Positions 1 through 11,543 of a stretch of DNA of 64,000 bases are shown one piece after another (within the stretch, counting starts at the first letter, position 1; each line of letters starts with the position of its first letter). The notes below the pieces were generated by a model. That model did no database searches, was not told where the DNA came from, and saw only the letters and a program-made list of their open reading frames with translations. The position numbers and the translations under genes are program-made. The stretch comes from the human T2T-CHM13v2.0 reference genome, Homo sapiens: the NCBI RefSeq assembly GCF_009914755.1, contig NC_060935.1; one strand, given 5' to 3'.

Positions 1-319
1 ATGGGACGAGTACAAAAAGAAAAGCAAACCTCTAATCTTAGCATGAAGACATCTGCTGTTTACATTGGTCATTTGTCTCAGAGGTCAAAATACAGTTCTA
101 TCATCGTCCTTATGGCAATCGTGATGACAACCTAACAGCCAGGAAGTAGCCTCTCATTTTACTCTTGGTAGCTCTGAGGAACAACAAAAGCTTGTGGTGC
201 ATGTTCAAACCCTGAGCCCCCGTGGGACATCTGTAGTTAAAGAGTCCTTCCTATTAGCTCTTTGGATAGTGGGCGGTAGTCCCTGAGACCAGATGAAGGA
301 CTGTTGTGCTCTTGGGCCC

Positions 320-362
320 TTCTGTGCCTCAGTTTTTCTCTCTGAGTGATGGGAATAATCAT
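320..362 (+). mobile_element. MIR core fragment
   Basis: TCTGTGCCTCAGTTTTTCTCTCTGAGTGATGGGAATAAT resembles the MIR core (ctgtgcctcagtttcctcatctgtaaaatggggataat). Confidence 0.55.
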
Positions 363-489
363 CTTGTTCTCCATGACTCTAACTTGAAACATTGCAACTA
401 CTAGGAAAAAAATGAGCAATGAATGTCAAAGCTGACTGAGGTGGTACTGGAGGACTACACTCCGAAGCAGAGCCAAGTGTGATAAATAT

Positions 490-705
490 AACAATACCTA
501 ATATTTATTAAGGGCTTGTTCCATGTAAGAAACTCTCCTAAGCACACTATGTATATTCATTCAATTCTTAAAAGAACTCTATGAGAAAGTCCTGGTTTTA
601 CAGAGGAGGAAACTGAGGTACAGAAAAGTTAAGTGAAAAGCCACACAACTAGTAAGCGTCAGACCTTGGATTGGTACCCCATAGTCAGATGCCACAGGCC
701 ACTCT
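490..705 (-). mobile_element. MIR SINE
   Basis: TTTTACAGAGGAGGAAACTGAGGTACAG is the reverse complement of the MIR core; flanks resemble the MIR tail and head. Confidence 0.7.
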
Positions 706-1457
706 TAATTATGTTGCTGTATGGTCCTCCTATATGCATCTCTTTAATTTTGTGCCTAGCGCAATGTTTTCCATGTAATATGTGCTCAATATATATTTGT
801 TGGATTGAAGTGACTCTAATACAACTTGAGCATGGTTGATAAATCTCTCCCTTCTTCCCTTCCTTCCAGCTGCACCTCCAGTTCCTCTATTAAGATACTT
901 ACCTTTTAATGGTGTTTCTTCAATTGGGAGCTACAGACACTTAGAGATCCTCAATTTAATCTTTAAAATTTTTATAATAAAAGATAAACACATTCTGGAT
1001 CATTGGGATGACCATCTCATGCCAAGTACTGCCTCTTGATTGCAGCACCTGTGTGTACTAGTCTTTGGCAGCAAGAGTTACCACTTCACTTGCTATGCTA
1101 ATAAGAGAGAAACAGCACAAATACCTAAATAATGTATTAGAGTCAAGAGAAACCCATTGCAATGACATATGGTGTGGGCAAAGGAGATATGGTAGATGGA
1201 ACGAAGGAAAGAGGTGAGAGAATTGAGTCTGCATTGGGCACCTCACACATCATGAGAGTGGCAGAGCCACAGGGAAGTCAAAGGTACTGACGCCTCAGCT
1301 GTCAGTACCATGCAATGCTGATAGTAGTCCAGGAAACGTTACTAATTTCAATTTTATTATTCTGGAAGAAAATTTTTATAAATCTGTTTTGGTTTTATTT
1401 GCGAGTTGTTCAAAAGCTGTAACATAAGTTTATATCTGGTTTTGTGTCTGTGTGTGT

Positions 1458-1743
1458 TTTGAGACAGGGTCTTGGTCTGTCACCCAGGTTGGAGTGCAGT
1501 GGTGATCATAGCTCATTGCAACCTCCACCTCCTGGGCTCAAGCCATCCTCCCACCTCAGCCTCCCAAATAGCTGAGACCACAGGCGTGTGCCACCACAAC
1601 TGGCTAGGTTTTTTGTATTTTTTATAGAGATGGGGTTTTGCCATGTTGCCCAGGCTGGTCTCAAACTCCTAAGTTCAAGCAATCTGCCCACTTTGGTCTT
1701 CCAAAGTGCTACGATTACAGGCGTGAGCCACTGAGCCTGGCCT
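1458..1743 (-). mobile_element. Alu (AluJ-like)
   Basis: Antisense dimeric Alu from GAGACAGGGTCT to GAGCCTGGCC, with the J-type motif CTCCTGGGCTCAAGCCATCCTCCCACC. Confidence 0.9.
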
Positions 1744-1858
1744 ATGTCTCTATATATTAATGTGACATTTTAAAAGAAAACAATTGAAGCTAAGCTAAGA
1801 AAAATTTGCCCTTAAAATGGTGGAAAATATCAGTTTCCTTTCTATTTAAGAAATACCA

Positions 1859-2012
1859 GGCCGGGAGCAGTGACTCACGCGTGTAATACTTGCTGAGAAG
1901 GGAGGATACTTGAGCCCAGGAGGTCTACGCTGCAGTGAGCTATGATCCTGCTACTGCACTCCAGAATGAGCTACAGAGGGAGTACTTGTCTTGAAAATAA
2001 AATAAAAGAAAA
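1859..2012 (+). mobile_element. Monomeric Alu (FRAM/FAM-like)
   Basis: GGCCGGGAGCAGTGACTCACG...GAGCCCAGGAGGT...GCAGTGAGCTATGATC...GCACTCCAG followed by an A-rich tail; single arm only. Confidence 0.75.
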
Positions 2013-2159
2013 GACCACACAATAATGTGTTCAGGGCTTTCTCATGTAAAAGTAATTGCAAACACCAACGTATTAGGCATATCAGTAACACCTTGGTGTG
2101 AAATAGCACTTTAGACCTTCCCTTTCTGAGAGTAGACTTTGATAGGAGAAAGGAAAGCT

Positions 2160-2350
2160 AAGTAGCTTGATAGAAAGCATGGCTCAGTGCAAAATCTTGT
2201 CCTACCATTCAGTAGCTGTGTGATTTTGGGCAAGTCATAAAACCTCTCCAAACCTCCTGTTCCTTATAAAAATTAGTGTAATCTCTGCACCTTCTTCACC
2301 ACAATGGCCTATATGTAAAGCTCTTGACCGAAAACGCTCAATACACAGTA
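2160..2350 (+). mobile_element. MIR SINE
   Basis: AGTAGCTGTGTGATTTTGGGCAAGTCATAAAACCTCTC matches the MIR body. Confidence 0.6.
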
Positions 2351-2739
2351 ATCTATACTAAATAGGAAGGCTCTAACACTAGGACCTTAAATGGCAAGGT
2401 CTCCAGCCTGGTTAGGAGAGGACTCCCCGCACACCCCCCTACCCTGGCCCCCAACCACCACCACCAAGATAACGACCGCTTGGAGTGATTCAGGGAAGTA
2501 GGCCCACTGGACAAGGAGGTGGCTCCACCAGCTGGTGCCCCGATGAAGAACTGAGGCCAGTGGGCTCCCCAGCCACCGCCGCTCAGAAGCTGCCAAGCAC
2601 CCCCGGTGCTTTGGGCCCCACGCACAGCACTGAGTGCTGTAAGGAAATGCAAAGCATTGGTGGCCCTGCCATGGGAATACAGGTTTCTGTTCTTTGGAGG
2701 CACCGGAGAAACTAGGAGTTCGGTCAGCACCTTAAGGCG

Positions 2740-3600
2740 CTAAAAGTGTACGTGGGGGTGGGGCGCACACAGGTTCTGAACCAATTCTTCAAATTTGCCC
2801 AGGGCTCCCCATACACCAGGTGTGGCCCGCGTCCCTAGTTCTAGGCTGTTGGGGGAGGGGTCGCCTTTTGTAGGGGACCTGGTCTTTTTGCGAGCTGGCA
2901 GCGTGCTCCCAGCAGCGAAGGCCGTAGTCTCGCTCAGGAGGCCGCGCGCCAGACCCGGGGATGCGCGGTGTTCAAAGGGTGACGGCGCGCGGGTCCCGGG
3001 CAGGAGAGCCCGCCAGAGCCGGTGCTGCCTGGCGCCGAGAGGCCCGGACTGGCGACTGCTGCCGCGCCACCGGGGCCCACCTGCGCAGGGACGCTCGGCC
3101 TCAGGCCCTCTGGGCTGCTCCACCCTGCTCCGGCCGCAGGCGAGCGGCGAGGGGAGGGGGGCACGGTTTATGTGCAGTGGGGCGGGCGGCGTCCGCGCGG
3201 CTTCCCCGAGGCCGGAGGCGGGGCGGGCGGGCCTCGGGTGGCGCGGGGGGCGGACCCGCCAGCTGCCTGCGCTGCTCGCCAGCTTGCTCGCACTCGGCTG
3301 TGCGGCGGGGCAGGCATGGGAGCCGCGCGCTCTCTCCCGGCGCCCACACCTGTCTGAGCGGCGCAGCGAGCCGCGGCCCGGGCGGGCTGCTCGGCGCGGG
3401 TGAGTGCGGGCACCGACTGGGGCATCCGCCCGGGCGCGGGAGAGGCGAGGCGCCGGGAGGAGCGGGACAAAGGGCCGGGTATGCGCGGGGTAGGGTAACT
3501 GCGGGCTGCCGGAGGCACCGCAGGACTTCGCCAGGGCAGTCCTCGGGGTTCCAGGACACGGGCTGGGGGCCTGAAGGAGCTCTGGGGAGACGGCGGGGGC
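2740..3600. promoter_or_regulatory. PRSS23: CpG island / GC-box promoter of PRSS23
   Basis: Abrupt rise in GC and CpG density; multiple GGGCGG Sp1/KLF boxes at 3179-3253; no canonical TATA; spans exon 1. Confidence 0.9.
3250..3399 (+). other. PRSS23: PRSS23 exon 1 (5'UTR; start approximate)
   Basis: Ends at CGG|GTGAGT donor (GT 3400-3401); splicing to 10379 gives ...TCGGCGCGG-AACAGTGCTCGGCATGG, which matches my recollection of the PRSS23 mRNA leader. TSS cannot be fixed from sequence. Confidence 0.8.
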
Positions 3601-6600
3601 TGCAGGTCATTTGGATTCATGCAGTGTCACCCATGAAACGGATGGGGAAAGAAGATCCTGCTGTCTTGGGTGCAGGATGTTGGTTGGGAAGCAGAGAGAG
3701 CCGGCTCTCGGCAAGCTGTCCTTCGGCGGGGGCGATGGCTACACCCCCATGCACCCCCCCAACACACCACCACCACTACTTCTTTTCCTTGAGTTTTGCA
3801 TATACCGGATTCCATCAAGTTCTGAATATTAAGTTTTAACCCTGGGCATGTGATTGTGAACACACCTAAGCAAGCAAGAGAAGTGCAAAAGTGCAGCAAA
3901 TACAGGCTGGGAAATAGAATCTTTTCTCCGGAGTGGTTGTCCGTGTGCGTTCCGGGGGTGCTAACCCTAGACACTACAGTCTGAACTAACAACAGTTGTT
4001 GTAAGCAAATAGTTCTTCTGCCTGTAGGCATTCATCACGAGTTAACTTTTAAATAAAAGTTTTAAAGTTTTAAAAGGAGCGGGAGAAGACTTGTTCAGAT
4101 GAAGGAACACCACCACTCCTCTCCAGAATACAAATTAGGTTTGCTTTCCAGCACCTCAGGAGAAAGCAGCTGATAAAAATCCTGTTTGTTTTACTGCCCA
4201 CTGGGTGACACCAGTAAGAATTAAGCAGCTCAGTGTAGGTATTGGAATAGGGCTTGCTTCTCTCAGCTCCTGAAACTAAATTTGAGGGCTCCCTGTGCAC
4301 TCCTTAGGAACAGGTAGGCCAGTGCCAGAATCCTCATCACATGGTCATGTGAGAAAGAATTGAATTTATAGATGAGGTCAGCTGTGGTCAAAAGCCCTAT
4401 GTCAAAGTAGTATCAGGATATTTATTGCATGTTGTTTCAAGATCCTACTTGTGCATGCGAGTATTTGTGACAGGTTTATAACCGTGCCTACCATGAAGTC
4501 TGTCAGGAGTGGATTGGAGGTGAAGTGGGGAGAAGGAACTTAGAAAATGCCCCCAGAAGCCACTATGTTTATTTGTGAAAGTGTTTGCACCCCATCTGCG
4601 TACGAAAAGGTTGTTTCACTTGCAGTTTTCCTAGTTAAATAAAGTCAAGCGGTAACTTGTCCTTTCCTGTGCCTGAACTGGGAAGGAAGCCTTTTTCCAA
4701 GGTGCCTAATATGGATCTCATTTTTGTAACACTGACGACTTATTCAGCTGGATGGTTAACATGGATGCATTTTCTGGTTGTAGCATAAGTGTCCATTAAT
4801 GCATCTGAGAACATTTTTGTCCCCAGTCTGCAATGGTTAATAGTCTCAGGTTCTCCCAGTAACTCTTCTCATAGATCCCTTAGGATTTCATCCACCAGGC
4901 ATTATTCATGCCTAACTCCCACAGACTCCAGGGAATTTGTTTCTCATGTTCTCAATATTAGCAGGTTTTTTTGCACTCTGTTCTTGTTCTGCCAGGTTTG
5001 TCCCAGGCTCAATTTAGTTTACCTGAAATCCGATAGAGAAGAGGCTAAACTTCATTTGACCACAAGATTGTGTTTAGGGTTGCTTGGACTTGTAAGTGCC
5101 TTGTAGTTTCCTGTACAAGACTGTAATTCTTAAACGATTATGTGATTAGGTCTGTTTTGCCTTAATAGGGTCTGTGATTCAGGAAAACGAGAACAAGCCC
5201 GACTGCAGAGTATTCACAGAGCTTGGTTCATTCTTAAGCATTTGCTTTAGGATTTAGCATGATTTCACCGTTCCATATCACTGACCACTGATTCCATGGA
5301 AGACCCTTTGTCATCTCTCCAAATGGTGTCCAAAACCTGTATCTTTGCAAACTTTCCTGCCGTTTCTTTCTGTCATTACTGTTTATAGCGGCTGCAGGAA
5401 TTCACAATTTGTACAATAGAGAATACATGACCTAAGGATTAGGTTTTCCCTCCCAGCACTTGTTTGCTATAGGAGTTAAATCATTCTCTCAAACAGTGGC
5501 CCTCTTGAGGAGACCTGTGTTGTTGCAGTTTTCAAGACTAAGGTGCCGTGCAGGAGACAGTAGTCACTGCATCCAGTCTCCAAAGAGATTGTTGTTTGCA
5601 TATCTGTTAATTATGCAAAGTCCCACCACCAAGGGCCTATGAAGTGGCAGCATCCTCAAAAAGTATAAATATTTTCAGACAGTGGCTCATATTGAGTGAT
5701 GGAGGGTGGACTGTGTAACCTATTTATGAATCAGATACCCAAAGCTGGAAAAGGAATAGTTTCTGTATTACTAAGCATGGTGAAAAAATATTTTCTTACC
5801 TTCATTTTCCATTCTTCCCTGCCAGTTAGGTGAAATGATGCACGGAAACACTTGGTTGGAAACCTTAAAAGATAATTTATGTATACCAGGAATCTTTATT
5901 CAGCAAAAGTTTATTCCTAGAAATGAAACGTTATAGACCTAAATTTTCTTCATCCAGACTTAGGTAAAAGGGTGAGATTTGAAAATCTTCATTCCATTTT
6001 TAAGGTGTGAGTCTTCCAGGCAGCTCTGCAAGGATAAGGTGATTCATTTATAAGGGTGAGAGAGAATTTAAAATCATGTAACTCATTAGTTACCTTTCCA
6101 GGTGTGGGATTATGAATGTTTTCATTACATCTGTTTATACCTTAGATGAGTGTTTATGTTTAAGTAAACTTAAACAGGTATAGCACAGGCTTACCCAGGG
6201 TTTATACAGATGGTAACAATAATTATTTGTCTTCTAAGGAATTACTCCATTATCATGTGAGTTGAGAAATGAATGTAAATCCACCAACCTAATTTTAAAG
6301 CATCACAGTTTTGCATCATTTGTTGTTTTATTAATGCGGATGAGTCAGGGCAGGCTGCGAATGCCTCAGGAAAGACCCTTAATGGACAGGAGGGTTGTTT
6401 CCCCCTCAGGCTTTTCTTTGGGGCCTGTCTTAAGAGCATACACACACAGCCATCCCTCCACTCAGTTCTTGAAAGCTGCCTTCTGCTGGAGTCACAATTT
6501 GTACAATAGAGAATATATGACCTAAGGATTAGGTTTTCCCTCCCAGCACTTGTTTGCTATAGGAGTTAAATCATTCTCTCAAACAGTGGTCCTGTTGCAG

Positions 6601-8914
6601 ACTGATCAGGGAAATCTTGTCTGCCAGATAGATGAGAAATTAGCATGATTCATTTTCCTTTTCCTTTTCCTTTCCCCCTCCTTTGCCTCCACCCTCCATA
6701 ATTCCATGAATCAATGGTCCTGAGAAGTAAATGATAGTACAGACACTATAGTCAGCATCGTCCCTGACCTGGACTTACGTGATTCTGGAAAATTATAATA
6801 TTAGGGAATCCTGGACCTAAAGACCAGAGCTAAAAAGACCAGCTAAAGCAATCATCTGGTTGAGGATGCTATTCAGAAGAATTTCTAAAGCACCCTAAAT
6901 AAACATTTGGTAAAGGACTAAGCAACTTAAGAAGCTTGTAGCTTTAATACAGACATCAGTTTAAACCCATTTAAGGGCTTGAGAACCCACAGCTGTATCT
7001 TCTAATTTCTGATTAGATATTTTAAAAATATCTAAGCCTAATCAGTTTGAAGTAATTTGATGGGCATTAGTTTCTAAAAGTCTGCATTCATTTCTAAATC
7101 TGAATTAAACTTTTTTAAATGCAATTTTATAACTTTTAGCGTTACATGGAAGCTTTAAGCAAGATATATAATGCTGTCAGAACAAAGTCTTATCACACAA
7201 GTTAGTAAATAGGGTTTAGTAATGTGGAGAACTTGGAAGCAGAGTTGCAAACTAATAGAAATTAGGACTTATTAAGTCTCTGAAAAATTTATTCTTCAAA
7301 GTTAAAGCTTCACACTGTCCTGTTGGGTTAGCAGTTTGTTTTTTTCTTATAGATGGCTGGCTTCTCCTTCACTCCTGGCTAAATGAACAGAATTCAAGTT
7401 GTAAGAACTCTGAATTAGTAATATTCTATCATGCAGTAGACTCTTTAGCATTCTCTAACAGGATTCTGTGATTCATAACTGATCCCAAAGTTTCTTGAGA
7501 CATAATCATTCATCATTTTGCCAAAGAATACATTTGATCCTCTATATTGAGAGGTTGGAGTAAGGCTGTGGCTCATGAAAGAGGATATTGTAACTGCCAT
7601 GTTCTTCATGCACATTGAAAATATTATCTGTAGCTGATGATAATACATACTATAATACTACCTCATCTCCTACTCTTTCTCCCCCAAGAATCGTATTTTA
7701 AAAACAAGAACGCTTGGCAGGTTGGACCTCCGCATTCTGTGTTTTCTTTCTTAAGATAAGCTGAAGTAAAACTTGGCTTACCATGTGCTCAATGTAAGTC
7801 ACATTAACATTCCCCACATTACTCAAAGGGAGGAGAGAATGGTGCGTTGAAGCCCAAGATACAGCCATGTGGGAGATATATGACTCCTCCTAGTCCCTGT
7901 CACATTTGGCAGGGATTCTGGTGTGAGTGGGGCATTTAGTCACCTAGACAGCAACTTATATAGAGAAAAGGCTGCTCAAGTCCTCGATAAGCCCAAGGGA
8001 TGACTCCTTAGCCAGTAGGTGGGAATAATCAGAACCATGCCCCACAGATCTCCTAAAGGGTTGTCATCACCACACCCATTTCACTGCCAAGTTCTCCATT
8101 GGAGAGGAGGACTCAGCTAGCATTGGCATCCCCTTCCTAGTCCACTTAAAACCTTTAGTCTTGGCAATATTCCCAACAAGCACATACAAACACGTGTGTG
8201 CACATATGCGGGCACCCCATGTTTTCAAGGATTTAAAGAAATAATTAAATGTATTTCCTTCCTACAAAAGGGCTCAGGGACCCTTCCTATTTGGAAAGAT
8301 GGAGACAAGTAGAATTTCAAGGAATTAGGGAGTCCCAAGGAACTGGCTTTTCCAGGACCTTATTTCTTTCTTTTCCTATCCCTATTCTCCCTGACTGAAG
8401 TGGAAGCCAAGAGAAAAAGTCAAGCAAAAAGGTCCCAGAGGTGGGTGGGGCACACACATATGTTAGAAACACAGTGTGGATATTGGGAATGAGAATGGGC
8501 ATGCTCAGCTATACTACATCAGATCATTGGGATTTTCTACTTTTATATAAAAGGGAGCAAAAGGCACCCAAAGTTGCCAGTAGATCTGTACTTTCAAACA
8601 GGAAGAGAATGAGAATAACAAAACAGTTTCTTCCTAACTTCTGCTGTGTTCCCAGAGCCTCTTGAGACCCACCCCTTCCGGGTCCTTGTTTTTGGATGCT
8701 TGGTTGTGAATGAGTTACCCTACCTGCTGAGTCAGCTTCTATTGAACCAGAAGAGTCAGAGCCACTGAGAGCCAACTGATGCTTAAACATTTATGAAAGC
8801 ACTTTCAGTATTCCTCGTTGTTGTTTTTCTTGTGGGATGATTGATCTGGGCATTTAAACATACCTTGCAGTATAAAATCCAAACTTCTTTGTTTAGTACA
8901 CATAGCACTTCACA

Positions 8915-9470
8915 ATCTAGCTCTTGCCTGCTGCCTCCACCACTTCCTCTACTCCACCCTTGCTGAGCTAAGTGTGATTCCCCAAATTACTCACATGGTT
9001 GCATGTTGCTGTGCCCTTGCACAGACTCTTGTTTCCCTTCCCTAAGTATCCCCTTCTCTCTGTCTTATGTTATCAGACTTCTTTTCTACTTCAGCACCCA
9101 TCTGAAACATCAGGTGATGCCTGGAAAATTTCTAGGCAATTTGTTCATTTAGAGGGTAAATTTAAATTACATAGCTTACTGAATGACCGAAGCATCAAGG
9201 AGGGACAGCTCCACGGTGTCACCTTTACTAGGACTCCTATTGCTTCTAAATGGTGGGTACATTTGAAAAGAACGGGTGCATTTGCCAAATAATACATTTG
9301 GTCCTCTATATTGAGAGGTTGGAGCGAGGCTGTGGCATACTATTTCTCAAGCATCACTTCTCCTAGAAGGCCTCTCTTGTTCTTACTCCCACAATTGGCC
9401 TCAAGCTGTTTCTCTGAGCTACCGCATCATCCATGTACATCATTGTCATTAGCGTCAGCATGCAACATTC
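8915..9470 (+). mobile_element. Degenerate L2 fragment, apparently interrupted at ~9112-9344
   Basis: Pyrimidine-rich L2-like motifs TTGCATGTTGCTGTGCCCTT and CATCACTTCTCCTAGAAGGCCTCTC. Confidence 0.4.
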
Positions 9471-10391
9471 ATTCACTTTTCCATTAATACAAGCATCCAT
9501 TTAACAAATCTTTGTCGAGTGCTAGCACAGGCCCAAATTTAAGAGATTTAGTTGGTAATACAGATATAAACAACTGAAAAAGTAACCAATGGTAACAGTT
9601 CATAGTGTTATAGCTGATGCAATATTAGAGCTTTAGATATTGACAAAGATCCTGGTAGTGTACAACATAATCCAAAGGAAGAAGGAATATTTTATTAGAA
9701 GCCTAGCCACTCTGGAACTCAATATATATAATAGTAAAGGTTGTTGTAAATTCAAAGCAAAAAACAAAACAAAACAAAAAATCTCATACCCTTTCTCGAG
9801 TGCACCATCATTTAAAAACCACAGGAGTGGTGGTAATTGTGACACTGTGGAGCTGTCCTTCTTTGATGTCTCAGTCACTCAGTAAGCCATGTAATTTAAA
9901 TTGACCCTCTGAGTGACCAAGTTGCTCTGAAAATTTTCCAAGTACATGTTACAATGAGAATGAGAGAAGGAGGAGGGAAAGGCGGGGACATCATGAAGGT
10001 AGAAGAGGAGGAGGTTTAGAATCAAGCACAAAGAGGGCTCAAAATTACGTGGAAATTGGGGCTGGTCAGTCAGTTAGCCAGGGGACTAATGACTTTATGC
10101 CTGCTACTCTGCAGTCTACCATCATTAGGGACATCTTAAACATAGAAAGGAAGGAACACCCAATTTCACTTCAGGCACCCAGCCACAGGAACTTTCCTAA
10201 GGTTGAGCCTTTGCGTTGAAAGTGAGACCGTTATCTAAGGATTCCTCTCCACACCCTGATTCCTGAGGAGTGTTCAAAGACTCAGAAACAATGACAGGCC
10301 TGCTGCTGAGCTTTGCTGTCTGCAGTAAATGAACGTTCAGCCCTTGCCCTCCTGACCTGCTTGTCTTTGTTTCTACAGAACAGTGCTCGGC

Positions 10392-11543
10392 ATGGCAGGG
10401 ATTCCAGGGCTCCTCTTCCTTCTCTTCTTTCTGCTCTGTGCTGTTGGGCAAGTGAGCCCTTACAGTGCCCCCTGGAAACCCACTTGGCCTGCATACCGCC
10501 TCCCTGTCGTCTTGCCCCAGTCTACCCTCAATTTAGCCAAGCCAGACTTTGGAGCCGAAGCCAAATTAGAAGTATCTTCTTCATGTGGACCCCAGTGTCA
10601 TAAGGGAACTCCACTGCCCACTTACGAAGAGGCCAAGCAATATCTGTCTTATGAAACGCTCTATGCCAATGGCAGCCGCACAGAGACGCAGGTGGGCATC
10701 TACATCCTCAGCAGTAGTGGAGATGGGGCCCAACACCGAGACTCAGGGTCTTCAGGAAAGTCTCGAAGGAAGCGGCAGATTTATGGCTATGACAGCAGGT
10801 TCAGCATTTTTGGGAAGGACTTCCTGCTCAACTACCCTTTCTCAACATCAGTGAAGTTATCCACGGGCTGCACCGGCACCCTGGTGGCAGAGAAGCATGT
10901 CCTCACAGCTGCCCACTGCATACACGATGGAAAAACCTATGTGAAAGGAACCCAGAAGCTTCGAGTGGGCTTCCTAAAGCCCAAGTTTAAAGATGGTGGT
11001 CGAGGGGCCAACGACTCCACTTCAGCCATGCCCGAGCAGATGAAATTTCAGTGGATCCGGGTGAAACGCACCCATGTGCCCAAGGGTTGGATCAAGGGCA
11101 ATGCCAATGACATCGGCATGGATTATGATTATGCCCTCCTGGAACTCAAAAAGCCCCACAAGAGAAAATTTATGAAGATTGGGGTGAGCCCTCCTGCTAA
11201 GCAGCTGCCAGGGGGCAGAATTCACTTCTCTGGTTATGACAATGACCGACCAGGCAATTTGGTGTATCGCTTCTGTGACGTCAAAGACGAGACCTATGAC
11301 TTGCTCTACCAGCAATGCGATGCCCAGCCAGGGGCCAGCGGGTCTGGGGTCTATGTGAGGATGTGGAAGAGACAGCAGCAGAAGTGGGAGCGAAAAATTA
11401 TTGGCATTTTTTCAGGGCACCAGTGGGTGGACATGAATGGTTCCCCACAGGATTTCAACGTGGCTGTCAGAATCACTCCTCTCAAATATGCCCAGATTTG
11501 CTATTGGATTAAAGGAAACTACCTGGATTGTAGGGAGGGGTGA
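10392..11543 (+). CDS. PRSS23: Serine protease 23 (secreted trypsin-fold protein, 383 aa, intronless CDS)
   Basis: ATG in strong Kozak context (GGCATGG); hydrophobic signal peptide MAGIPGLLFLLFFLLCAVG; RRKR convertase site; TAAHC (His175), DYDYAL, GASGSG (Ser316). The track's GTG start at 10383 is not the true start. Confidence 0.98.
   Translation: MAGIPGLLFLLFFLLCAVGQVSPYSAPWKPTWPAYRLPVVLPQSTLNLAKPDFGAEAKLEVSSSCGPQCHKGTPLPTYEEAKQYLSYETLYANGSRTETQVGIYILSSSGDGAQHRDSGSSGKSRRKRQIYGYDSRFSIFGKDFLLNYPFSTSVKLSTGCTGTLVAEKHVLTAAHCIHDGKTYVKGTQKLRVGFLKPKFKDGGRGANDSTSAMPEQMKFQWIRVKRTHVPKGWIKGNANDIGMDYDYALLELKKPHKRKFMKIGVSPPAKQLPGGRIHFSGYDNDRPGNLVYRFCDVKDETYDLLYQQCDAQPGASGSGVYVRMWKRQQQKWERKIIGIFSGHQWVDMNGSPQDFNVAVRITPLKYAQICYWIKGNYLDCREG

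Noticed and set aside
2740-3839. Long overlapping ORFs (up to 292 aa) on both strands
   Set aside because: Stop-codon depletion in a CpG island; low-complexity Arg/Gly/Pro/Ala products that cross the exon 1 donor.
9113-9125. 13-bp match GGTGATGCCTGGA shared with ~14473
   Set aside because: Too short; matches of this length are expected by chance in a 64-kb self-comparison.
10383-10391. ORF-track start giving a 386-aa PRSS23
   Set aside because: It is a GTG; the strong-context ATG at 10392 directly precedes the signal peptide.
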